Positions 22,901-34,900 of a stretch of DNA of 64,000 bases are shown one piece after another. Positions within the stretch are counted from its first letter, which is position 1. Every line of letters begins with the position of its first letter. Both the position numbers and the translations under genes were made by a program. The notes under the pieces were generated by a model that was not told the origin of the DNA, ran no database searches, and saw only the letters and a program-made list of their open reading frames with translations. This DNA is from Malacoraja senta (Eukaryota), in contig CM075987.1 in the NCBI GenBank assembly GCA_038087875.1, positions 20,958,001 to 21,022,000 on the forward strand, read 5' to 3'.

Positions 22901-25900
22901 GAATAAAGCAAAACAATTTATCAATTTATTAGATAGTACACCAAACCAGGCCAATGTCAAGAGTTTCCCCAGAAGACCAAACAAAGAGTCACTACTCACC
23001 TTGTTGTAAATAAAACCATAATCGTTTAAGATAAAACTGATCATTAAAACACAACAGGTACTGACGATACAGGCAAACGAAGCACCAACACCAACACCAA
23101 TGTCGTGTTGTGCCTCCAGCAACACCCAACACCAGAGTTCAAACATCAATTCCAGCAGGTGGTATAAACCATCATCTCTTTAGGTTTAAAGTGTTGGAGA
23201 TACAGTCATTGTTTATGTTGTGGAACTGCAGATGCTCGTTTACATAAAAAGAACAAAGTGTTGGAGTAACTCAGCAGGTCAGGCAGCATCACTGGAGAAG
23301 GGTCCTGACCCAAAACATCACCTATCCATGGTTTATGTTGCATTAGATTTGGTTTAACTCTGTGCTGTGAGTGGAGTGAAGGTGAAAGTGAATTTCATCA
23401 TCGTGGTCAGTCTTTGCTGAGAAGTGGGACGTGGATTGGAGAGTGCTTCAAATTTCCAGGGTCTCACCTTCAACCGTACTTGTCAAGAGGGTGGAGGTGT
23501 ACAGAGGTGGCAGGTTGATAGATAATGTTTATTTTGTAAATGTTACGTGTACGTCCCATTCTGACATATGCTTCAGTGAGCGTGCGGACAATGACTTGCG
23601 GCTAGGCTTGGGAACGTGAGCATTGAACACTGCAGCTAAATGACCTTGGTTGTGGAGTGAAATAGCAGTCTTAGTCCTCTTGTCCAAGACTTGGACTACC
23701 TACAGCAGGCATCTGGCCCTGGAGAGATCCACCAACCCTTTCTGCAAATCCACAGATGGAATAGGCAAACCAAAGTTGGCAACCTCTCCCAAACTATCGA
23801 TCAGCCAATTCTAATGGTCAGGTCATGTGTCCAACACCAGACCATCCAAACAGACACCCGAATCCAAGCTCTGCCACAGAATGAAGTTACCCAACCAAAG
23901 GAGAAGGAGATTCAAGGGTGTTCTCGGAGCTTGCTTGAAAAGCATTTCTACTGACTTTGAGAATGCCTTGTCTATGACCGTTCAAAATGGGGAAGGAGAA
24001 TTCAGAATGGCACGAGTGCCTCATGCCCAGTCAATGGAAACACATGTAAGTCCAGCAAGTGGCAGAAGGAGTAATAAGGTACACTGCCCACCTGCCCTCT
24101 CCTGCCCCACCCTCGCAGTGCCTGCAGATCCCACATTAGCCTCATGGGAAAAGAATGGAAACAAGTCAGCATCCATTTTTAGAGTCTGCCCAGGGAAAAC
24201 GTATGGAGTGCTAGAACAGTTGCCCTTTGTGTGGACTGTACACTTCAACTATTATATAAATGAGAAACTCTAACTAAACATCAATGGCAACAAATGAAAG
24301 AATTGACTTGCCTTGGAATGGAAATAATTAGTGTTAAAAGGACTAGTTGAGAGGTTCAGCGGATATTTAACAGATCCCCAAATACCACGGGCCCCAGTGA
24401 ATCCACACATGAAACCCATCAAGAACACATTGCAAACACGCTGCATTTACACACAACACAAACTTTAACTCTTGAGCGTTTTCTGACAGAACGAATACAA
24501 AGTTCAGCAAAATGACAAACAGTGTGACTGACCTGTGGCACAGGGCTCCCTCCACATTGTGTTTGCAGGTACAATCTCCATTGAGTGGATTGCAGACACC
24601 GATACTACCCTCAGAGCGGCACGCACATTGTCTGAAAGGAAGCAAGTTCCTCAGAGCCTGTCAACACATTGATTGTAATGACGAACATCACAGAGGTGGT
24701 TCCCTCCTCCAGAATATTCCCCTCTACAAAGCCACACCACCTTTACACCATCCTGTAACTGCAAATGAGTGCAGGACAGGACAGGACAACTCACAGAATG
24801 CAACTTTAAAAGAAAGGTACCAATGTTCCTCAGCCTGCACAGGAAAGGGATGGGGGTGTCGGAGAAGGGGAAGGGTGAAGGTTGCACCAATGACAGGATG
24901 GTAAGAGTTGCGATTGTTTCAAGAGGCACCACAGACGCAGGGAGGGGGAGGGGGGGGGGGTTGGTGTTGTTAACTGAAGGCTGTGACACTGATAGTGGAA
25001 CAGGAGTGGGAAATGGCTGCAAGCTGAACCATTGGAGCCAAAGGGCAATGGGAAACGGCTCTATGCTGTGCCCTTGATGATGTTGGAGGTGTGGTGCAGG
25101 TTTCAGACTGCACAACTGGTGGGAGGAGGTTGTGTTATTTACCGCAGAAATAGGAGTGACTGATGGCTGGATTTTGATAGCAGAGGGTTATTGATGACTG
25201 GAGGCGGAACCATTGATCGCAGTTACTCCAGCATATTGTGTCTATCTTGAATTGATAGCAGGGGTTGTTGTCGTGAATGGAATCAAAGCTGCAGGACTGA
25301 GCATTGATGGTGGGAGTGGGGGATGGCAGAGCATGCGATACAAGGCTGGATGAGCTTTTCACCCACTCAGCTAATCCAATGCCTCCTTCGGAAGGCAAAT
25401 TCCAGGGAAGGATTTGTAACTGAGCGGGAGGACATGGGTTTCGATGGACCGGGTTGGTGGCAGGATGGAGGCCAGAATTGGAAACCTACAGTGCTCAGAA
25501 AGCACATGATTATTTGGCAAAGGTCTCTGAGAGTCCAATAAAAGAACTAACCCATGAGGCAACTGTGTCAGAATGCATGTACACTGTGCTGAGAACTCAG
25601 AAATACTTCTGGCTGCAATGGAGATCAAACCTGTAATCGGAAATCAGTTTAGGCTTTTGCTGCTCCTTTTCGTAGCGATTAATTGAGTTCAGACGCAAGT
25701 TGACGTGTGATGGAATGCTGGGAGCACCTGCGATCCCAGGCAGCGAATCGTCCGATCAGCAGAGAAGGTTATTGGATGCAACCTTCCCTCCATTGATGAA
25801 CTGTACACTGCAAGGGCCAGGAAGCGAGCGGGCAAGATCATCTCTGACCCCTCTCAACCTGGCCACAAACTCTTTGAATCACTTCCCTCTGGAAGGCGAC

Positions 25901-28900
25901 TCCGGATTGTCAAAGCTGCCACAGCCAGACATAAAAACTGTTTTTATCCACGAGTAGTTGCTCTACTCAACAGCCAAAAATCTGTAGCCTCCCTTTGATC
26001 TGGTATTTTGTTGGTTCACATGCTTGATCAATGGTGTTTTATCAGTAATGTTTTATTATTATTAATGTTTAGTGTTTTCTGAGTCATTCGTAACTGTCAC
26101 TGTATGTCATGTTGTTACTTGTGTGCGGAGCACCAAGGCAAATTCCTTGTATGTGAATACTTGGCCAATAAACTTACTTACTTCCTTAAAGAGGCATACA
26201 GTACAAAGGTGAGAACGTTATGCGACACTTATGTGAAGGAAGCTCTCACCAAGTTGCAACTGGAGTTCTGCAGTCGATGCTGGGGGGCAAGCTCTGATCG
26301 GCATGTGAAGTATTTGGAGAAGCTGGGGTTGTTCTTATGTCAGGGAAATTTTGCCAGAGATTTAAAGAAACCCTTCAGAATCATGGAGAGCTTTACTAGG
26401 GTAAATAAGGGCCAACCGGCAGAACAGTTGTGACAGAACGGTGACAAAAACATGAAATGTTAAACGAAGCAAGTCATGGAGCTATTCAGCATAAAAACAT
26501 GCTGACCAAGGTGCCGGTGTAAATCTGCCGGAGTATACAGTGAATGAGGGTAATAGTGAGCTGGGAGTACTGAGGTAGTTCTTTCCAAGGGCCAGCACAG
26601 ACAGGCACGAAGGGCTGCACAGTGTTGTTCGGGATATTGATTCTGAGACTACACCCTGTCCCACAACCCCAATACCTGCACCCTCCCTCGGAGAGCGAGT
26701 GATAGCCCGACTGGCACTGGTCGCACTTCCCTCCTGTCACGGTCGCTTTGCAAATGCAGTCTCCGTTTTGGTCACATTGCAAACTCAGTGAGCCTGCGGA
26801 ACGAGGAGAGAAGCCTTGAAACCACACGGCACCAAGCACACTGCTGCAGCCTCCCTACTCAGTGTCATTGTCAGGCCTGCAGCTTAAACTCTACAATGCA
26901 CCCACTCCCTCACACAAGAACAAACTGGGGCACTCTGCACCCACACTCCCCGTCACTGGGATTGGGATACACCGCACCCACCACTCCCTGTCACTGGGAT
27001 ATTCCCCGTCACTGGGATACCCATCACTGGGATACTCCCCACTCATTGTCACTGAGATATTCCACTCCCAGAGACTCACGACGCCATTGGGATACTCAAT
27101 ATCCTCATGGCCCTATCCCACGGTACGAGTTCATTCCAAGAGCTCTCCCGAGTTTGCCCTGATTCAAACTCGGAGATTTACGGTAATGGCCGCTCGTCGG
27201 TACTCGTGGCTCTCGTGAACATTTTTCAACATGTTGAAAAATCTTTACGAGTCTTCCCGTGCTTACCTGCCATTAGCGAGTCTTCCCGAGTACCTGCCGT
27301 TAGCGTTACGAGCCGCTAAGAGACGTCCCCGAGCTCCGACGTACCTGCTACGTTCATTCTCCGTGCTTACCACGAGTTTGATTTTTTTAAAACTCAGGAG
27401 AGCTCTTGGAATGAACTCGTACCGTGGGACAGGGCCATTATACGCAAAAGATGAGCTAGACTGTAGACATGCTTGTTGATACACGTGCAGATATACGAAC
27501 ATAATGTACATGAACCCTTACATTTACTTATATTTACCTCCGGTACATAGATGGAAACACACAAGTGTACACAGGGCGGGCACCTTTCACTCACCCGTGA
27601 GGCTGCAGTTGCAGGCTTGGCAGGAATCAGCATCATGTTTCCTGTAAAAGTTCTCTTCACACCTCTCACAGCGCGGCCCTGCAGTGTGGTCCCTACAGTT
27701 CAGGCACTGCCCTCCATGTTCGGTCCTGCGATACAGCTCCCCGTTAAAGCTACATTGCTCCGATCTCCCACTGCAGTTGCAGGCTAGAGCAGGGTAATGG
27801 GAAGGAACCATTAGGCCTTGTTTCATTATGAATGATTGTCAATCTCGTGTACTACCAAACAGCCAGATCAAATTCCTGGGGCGTATCCAAACCTGCTCCT
27901 GTTCTTGGAGAGACCTTTGACATTACATAGAAAATAGGTGCAGGAGGAGGCCATTCGGCCCTGCGTGCCAGCACCGCCATTCATTGTGATCTTGGCTGAT
28001 CATCCACAATCAGTAACCCGTGCCTGCCTTCTCCCCATCCCAAAGAGGAGACTAGTTTAAACCCTCAGACTACACTCGGATTGTCTGTTCCTCAGACACT
28101 TACGCAGACACTCATTCGCAGTCTGTGAGGATCCACGTGCCCAAGGTCTGTCGTGGAAAAACGGACGACACTTGTCACAGTCCACGCCGGTCGTGTTGTG
28201 CTGACAATCACACACAAGCCTGCCCTGGTCATTGGTTACGCACTCACTGGCATGGCCATTGCACTTGCACCTGCAAACACAAGCAGAGAAAAATATGTTT
28301 TTGTTTTTTGTGCCTTAGCATTTTATTGCCATATTAGTGTAGTCCATGTTTAATGCTGGAAACATAATTACAATATAATCTGGTCCTACAAACAAATAAT
28401 GTGATAAATGTATCCCCTGACTCTCAGTCTGAAGATGGGACATCTCCTATTCCTTCTCTATATAATGTTTCTATATAATGACAATGGTCGCCTGTCTGTC
28501 CCGCTGAGCTACTCCAGCAATTGTGTCTATCTTCTGTGTGATCTAGCATCTGCAGTTCCTTCAATGTTTCCAGTGTTTGTTTACTCTTGCTTCCTTTCTG
28601 TTCGTCACTTTATTCTGCTTTACTTCTCGTTATCCACCCACCCTCCCTTTATCGCTTCATCTCTATTTTTCGTTTTCTACTCTTTTTTATAGTCGTTCCT
28701 ATTTCCAAATCTCTGCATCTCCTCTCTATCTTGTGAGATAAATGAATAAGGAAGGTGATTTTTAATGATGCTAGTTGAGGGTACATGATCTTCAGGACAA
28801 TGGCAGCCTGTGGTATTAATCAAAACAGTTCCTTAGGATCGAACATGTTCACTTTAGTTGGCATTCAGGCCCCTGGACAGTGTAGTGTTCTCCCATAATG

Positions 28901-31900
28901 CACTGGGAGTGAGTGCTGCTCCAGTTAATCGTTCACATCCATTGGTAATGGAGAAATGGTCATATTTCAAGGAAAAATTAGAGAAGGCAAAGGACATTCA
29001 GTACCTTGAGCCCGTCATTCAAACTGATTATGACTGATCATCTATCCCAATACCATATTGGTTGCCTTGCCAACAATCTGTCTCGTCCATTTCTTCTTTG
29101 TTGTTTTATAGTATGTGTTAAATGTATGTTTTTTGTTCTTTAACCTGTTTTATGTGGGGGGTTGGGGGAAACTTTTTTAAATCTCTTACTACGACGGAGA
29201 TGTGATTTTTTTTCCGTATCGTATCTCTGTCCGCACTGCGGCCTAACATCGAGGAGCTGGTGCCTCTGCTGGAGATCGACTTCGGGAGCTCCAGCCGCGG
29301 GAGCCTGTGGACTTAACATCGTGGAGCTCACGGTCCCTGGTTAGAGACCGGCTTTGGGAGCTCCAAGTCGCATGAGCTTCGACCGCCCCGACCCGGGAGT
29401 TTCGATCACCCTGACGCGGGAGTTTCGATCGCCCTGACACAGGAGTTTCGATCGCCCTGACGCGGGAGTTTCGATCGCCCTGACGCGGGAGTTTCGACCG
29501 CCCCAACCCGGGAGTTTCGACCGCCCTGACGCAGGGGCTTCAACCGCCGGCTGCGGGAGCTTCGATTGCCCCGACTCGGATGGTTTGACTGCCCCGACCA
29601 CGGGAAAATAAAGAGGGAAGAAGATTGGACTTTATTGCGGACTTCAGTGAGGAATGTGGGGAATCCGCTGTGGTGGAACGGTATGTTAATTTTTATGTAG
29701 TTGTGTGTCTTGTTGCTTTTTTTAATATGGCTGTATGGTAAATCGAATCTCACTTACCTCAATTGGTACATGTGACAATCAAAGACCTTGAACCTTGATA
29801 TTGAATTCTTGATCTCCCATTTTAGCCCCAGCACTTTTTTTATCTGCACTTTCTCTTTACCAGTAACACTATATTCAGCATTCTGCTTTTTTTCTCTGTT
29901 GTATCTGATGTACTTATGCATGTTATGGTTTACCTAGATGGCACACAAACAACATTTTTCACTGTATCTCACAATATTGAGTGACTAAAAATAAAAATTG
30001 AGAACATGTGTTTCTTTTGTACGAGCCTAATCTATCCCCCAATTCTAATGTTGGCCTTAGCTGTTAAACAATGATGGTGGGTCACTTTGTCATTGCCATT
30101 ATAATGGCTTAGCTTGAAAGAAAAACATCCTGTAACATCGCTTCTAACACAGGATTGAAATGGAAATTCTACAAATTTGGCATTATACAAAATCACAATA
30201 CGTATGGTTTTCCAGTATCACATCCCCTGCTACTTCCGCTATAGGCTGTATTATGAATAGGGGATCAACAAGCACTGATCCCCACAGACTCCTGTCTGAT
30301 ATCTCAAAAAGTCTCAATTAATCCTATGTGTAAGAAGGAACTGCAGATGCTAGTTTAAACCAAAGATAGACACAAAAAGCTGGAGTAACTCAGTTGATCA
30401 GGCAGCATCTCTGGTGAGAATGAATGGGTGACTTCCTTATCTCTTTATCTCCCTCTCCCCTGACTCTCAGTCTGAAGAAGGGTCTCGACCCAAAACGTCA
30501 CCCATTCCTTCTCTCCAGAGATTCAATTCAATTCCTTTATTGTCATCTTGCAAGCAACAGTTGTGCAGTGCAAAACGAAAAGACGTTTCACAGGGAATAC
30601 TGGAGCATCGCACATGACGTTTAAAACATTTCACACATAATAATAACAACACTAAAACAATCCAGTCCCTGATGGAACAGTATAAGTTAAAATAGATACA
30701 AACAACGTTAAAGTACAGTAAGACCAATCATAAACATGTCCGGGGTGGCTGATTTGAGTGGCCAGTGCCAGTTATTGAACTGGCCAGTGCCAGTTATTAC
30801 AGTGTCCGTGCCAAGCCGCAGAATCAGGTGACTGTGAGTACAGAGTGGCTGTTTAGCAGCCTCACAGCATATGGCAGGAAGCTGTTTAGCAGTCTTGTAG
30901 TCCGGGCTTTGATGCTGCGATATCTCTTGCCTGATGGCAGGAGATCCAGGTGTATGTGGAGGGGGTGCATTTTGTCCTTGGCAATTTTTTTAGTTTTTTT
31001 CTGACAGCGGCTCAGGAACAGTTCTTGTACCGAGGGTAGGGAGATGCTGCCTGTCCTGCTGAGTTACTCCAGCTTTTTGTGTCTATCTCCAATTAATCAT
31101 ATTCTCTGTTTCCTGTATATCAAGCAATGTTCACTCCTTACCAATGCAATGGTCCCAATACCATGTACTGTCATTTACACACTTAACTTTTGAAGCAGGA
31201 CTTCAACAAAGAATTTCTGAAACTCCAGGTACTTCACTTCCAATGGTTTTCCTTTACTTATTCTACCAATTTCATCCTCAAAGAAACTCCAGTGGGTTCA
31301 TCAAATACATTCCCTTTTCATAAATCCCATTGATACCTTCCAATGTTCCGTTACCATTTTCCAATTGCCGATGCTAATGTATCCAGTCTATAGTTTTCTG
31401 TTTGCATTTCTCTCTCCTTATTTAGTGGGGATACACCTACCACCCTCCAATCTCTGGGAACAATTTAACTTATAGAATTGGGGAAAGTGATAGCTATGTT
31501 CCTGACCACCTCCTTTAGTACTCTGGGTTGTTTTCAAGCTTGTGGATTTAGTGGCTTTTAGTGTCATTAATTTCTCCAATACTTTGTTTGATTAATATTT
31601 CCTTTGACTCACCTTATACACTTAGTTAGCTAACATTTCCGAACTTGTGAACTCTTTGCACACTCTTCGTGGAGACAGAACCAAAGTAGTTGTTTAATTT
31701 ATCCGTCATTTCCCTATTCCACATGATGAGTCCTAGTTTCCAGTTCTAGTGGGCTTGCCCTTCACTAATCGTTATCTATTTACATACTTACGTGAGCTTG
31801 GACGTTCCAATTTTATGTTCCATCCAAATTTATTTTTTCGTAGTTTATTTTTGCTCCCTTAATCGATTTATTTGACCTTCTTTGCTGAAATCTAAATTGC

Positions 31901-34900
31901 TCCCAATACTCAGGATTGCTGACAATTTGTTATGACCTCTTTGATGTAATGCCATGCTTAACATCCAATTAGCTATAGTTGGGTTGCTTTCCTTTTTGTA
32001 TTTTATGCCAGGCAGGAATAATAACCATTAAGCTCCCATTATTTGTTCCTTAAATGTTAGTCATGGTCTATGGACAACTCCTACCAATGCCTTTTACTCC
32101 TTGGTCTTCCTCAGATTGATTCTGTATCGTCATTCTCTGAACTAATATTCTCTCTCACTATTATGCTGACATAATTCTTCACTAACACTGCCGCCCTGCC
32201 CCCACCTTCCTTTTCCTTTTAGATTGTCCTTACTGCTGAATAGCCTTGGATGTTTGATTTCCAGCCTTGGTCACCTTCCAACGGAGGCTCCGTAACGGCA
32301 ATCACATCACAACTGTTAAAACCCAATGGCATTGTTAATTCATCCACCTCGTTATGATGTTTTGCACATTTACCTACACCACTGTTATCTTTGAAATGTA
32401 AACAAAAATCGCAGCAGCTTCATTTGTGTTCTACCTGACGTAATCGTATCCTTGTCTCACTATATTCAATGCTGTTCCTCTCTATAGTGCCAGGGGGGAA
32501 TTTGTCAAATGTGTTCGGGAAAGCTGCCTGGGGATCTACAAGGGAGAGGGCAAAGATACAGCTACTCTCAGGAGACAGGAAAGGGCAAGTGTCTGAAGTG
32601 TCGGTGGGAAAACATTTTTGGAACCAGTGACCACTGTTCTACAAGCTTCAAAATAGTTATGGATAAAGGCAAGTTGGGCCCACAATTTAAAGTTCTGAAT
32701 TAGGACAAGGCCAACTTTGATGGTATTAGACATGAAGGTTGATTGGAGTAGGATGTTTGCGGGCAAAGGGACATCAGGGGCGCCGAACGATTGGCAGCCC
32801 CGCCGACAGTCTGTCTTTTTTTCCGTCTTTTTAACATTTTTTAGTGTGTATTAAAAGTCTGTGTATATGTTCTCCGGTTTGTTTTATGTGGGGGGAAGGG
32901 GAGGGGGCCGGAGGAAACCTTTTTTCAGTTTCTTACCTTGCCGGAGATGCACTCCGATCGCTATGCGGCCTAACATCAATGGAGCTGGAGGCCTCCTCAG
33001 ACTGACTTGAGCCCCACCGCTGGGCGTGGACTTAACATTGGAGTCGATCCCTTGCCTAGGATCACTCCAACCGTGGCCTGCGGACTTTACATCGGGAGCT
33101 CGCAGTCTCGGGAGAGGCTAGTCGGGAGCTCCAACAATGCAAAGGCTCGACCAGCCATGAAGCGGGGTTCGATTACCCGGCGCGGGGGAGCTGACATCCC
33201 CCCGATGCATGAGCTGATCGCCCCGATGCAGAGGGCCCGAACTCTGCCGGCTACAGGAGTCAAGATCGTCCCGTCAATGGAGGGCTCGAGGCCCCCGACC
33301 GCGGGAGAGCATAGAAGGGAAGAGATTTGAACTTTTTTTCACCTTCCATCACAGAGAGGAATGTGGAGGAGTCACTGTGGTGGATGTTAATGTTAAAATG
33401 TATTTTGTGTGTTCCGTTGCTTTTTATTTGTATGACTGACTTGGCAAAATAAATTCCTCATATGTTGCAAAACATACTTGGCTAATAAAGTATTATTGTG
33501 ATTTTGATTGAAAGTGGGATGTTTTTAAATCAGTGATGATGAGAGTTCAAGGTTTGCATCTTCCTGTTAGAGTGAAGGGCAAAGGGAGGTCAGAGTAAGG
33601 AACTCTGGTTGATGAGAGAAATTCAAGCCCTGATCAGGAGGAAGGAGGAGACATGGGCCAGGTATAGGCGGCTGGTACTTAATCCAAATACGGCAAACCT
33701 CCTACTGGAGCAAATTGATTGATTGAAATTGATTCTCATCCACTCGCTACACAATTGGGAGGCATTTTACAGAGGCCAATTGGCCTACTAACCCACACGT
33801 CTTTTGGATGTGGGAGGAAACCAGAGCATCCAGAGGAAATCCACGAGATTACAGGGAAAAGTGCAAACTCCACACAGACCACCCAAGGGCAGGATCGAGC
33901 CTGGGTCTCTCGCGCTGTGAGGCAGCAGCTCTACCAGCTCTGCCATCCACATCACTTTCTCCCTCTCTGTTTAAAGGAGTGAATGACCTCCTATTCCTGT
34001 ATATACCCCCAAACTCTTTACAGCTCAGTTCCTATGATTTCCTGTACAACTTCTGAGAACCCACCCTCAAGAAGGGATGTTGATTTTGCCTCCATACATG
34101 CTCATTATCCTCGTATGGGTTGCACGGAAAATAAAATGGGGAGAGCAAAACCAGGAACTTTTGACAGGCCAGAGAATGACAGATTGCATGATTCAGAGCA
34201 AGAATGGAAAGGCTCCAACACTCATAAACGGCAGACATTTCAAACTTGAGTTCAGGCTTCCAAGAACCAGATGTTCAACAGCTGTCCTGCAATCAAGCTG
34301 ATCCTTTGATATATGAAAAATATTTGGCAGTGACGTACAGAAGAGGTCAGCTTTATAATACGCTGCCCTTTGTTGAACAGGACTTTCACTTATGATAGCA
34401 TTTTTTCCAACCTCAGATATCACAAAGCACTTTATACTGAGCGTGGACCAGCAGGATTCTGGAAAGTAAAGATACAAATTGGTATTTATGAGCGACATTG
34501 TTTCAGGAATATACTGTATACTGCGGGATTTCCATTGTTCTTCTTCTACATAGTGACCAGGTGCTCTTTTACATCCAACAGAGGGGCAGATGAAGCCTCC
34601 ACAGTGTCTAATTTACAAATCCGTACTTCTGATAACGTAGAACTCTCTCAGTGACGATAAGGGTCAGCCTAGATTTTTATGCTCAAGTACAATGAAGTTA
34701 TGGAGCAAAACACAAAGTGCTGGAGGAACTCAGCGGGTTAGCCAGCATCTGAGGAGGGAATGGACAGGCAATGAGTCAGATCAGGACCTTTCTTACCTCC
34801 AAAGGTCCCAACCCAAAATGTCATCTATAGAAAATAGGTGCAGGAGTAGGCCATTCGGCCCTTCGAGCCATCTATTCCCTCCACAGATGCTGCCTGACCT

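Noticed and set aside
24840..25480. G-rich segment possibly from a retroelement
   Set aside because: I could not assign a family or a credible ORF by eye, so it is left unannotated.
29372..29601. CRISPR-like repeated 23-mers
   Set aside because: The units are adjacent with no unique spacers, and the context is vertebrate with no cas genes. It is a minisatellite in a retroposon.
33007..33330. Similar 100-aa ORFs at 33007-33330 (+) and 51464-51754 (-)
   Set aside because: The similarity is explained by two copies of one GC-rich repeat. The starts are not ATG, the C-termini diverge by frameshift, and no domain is recognisable.
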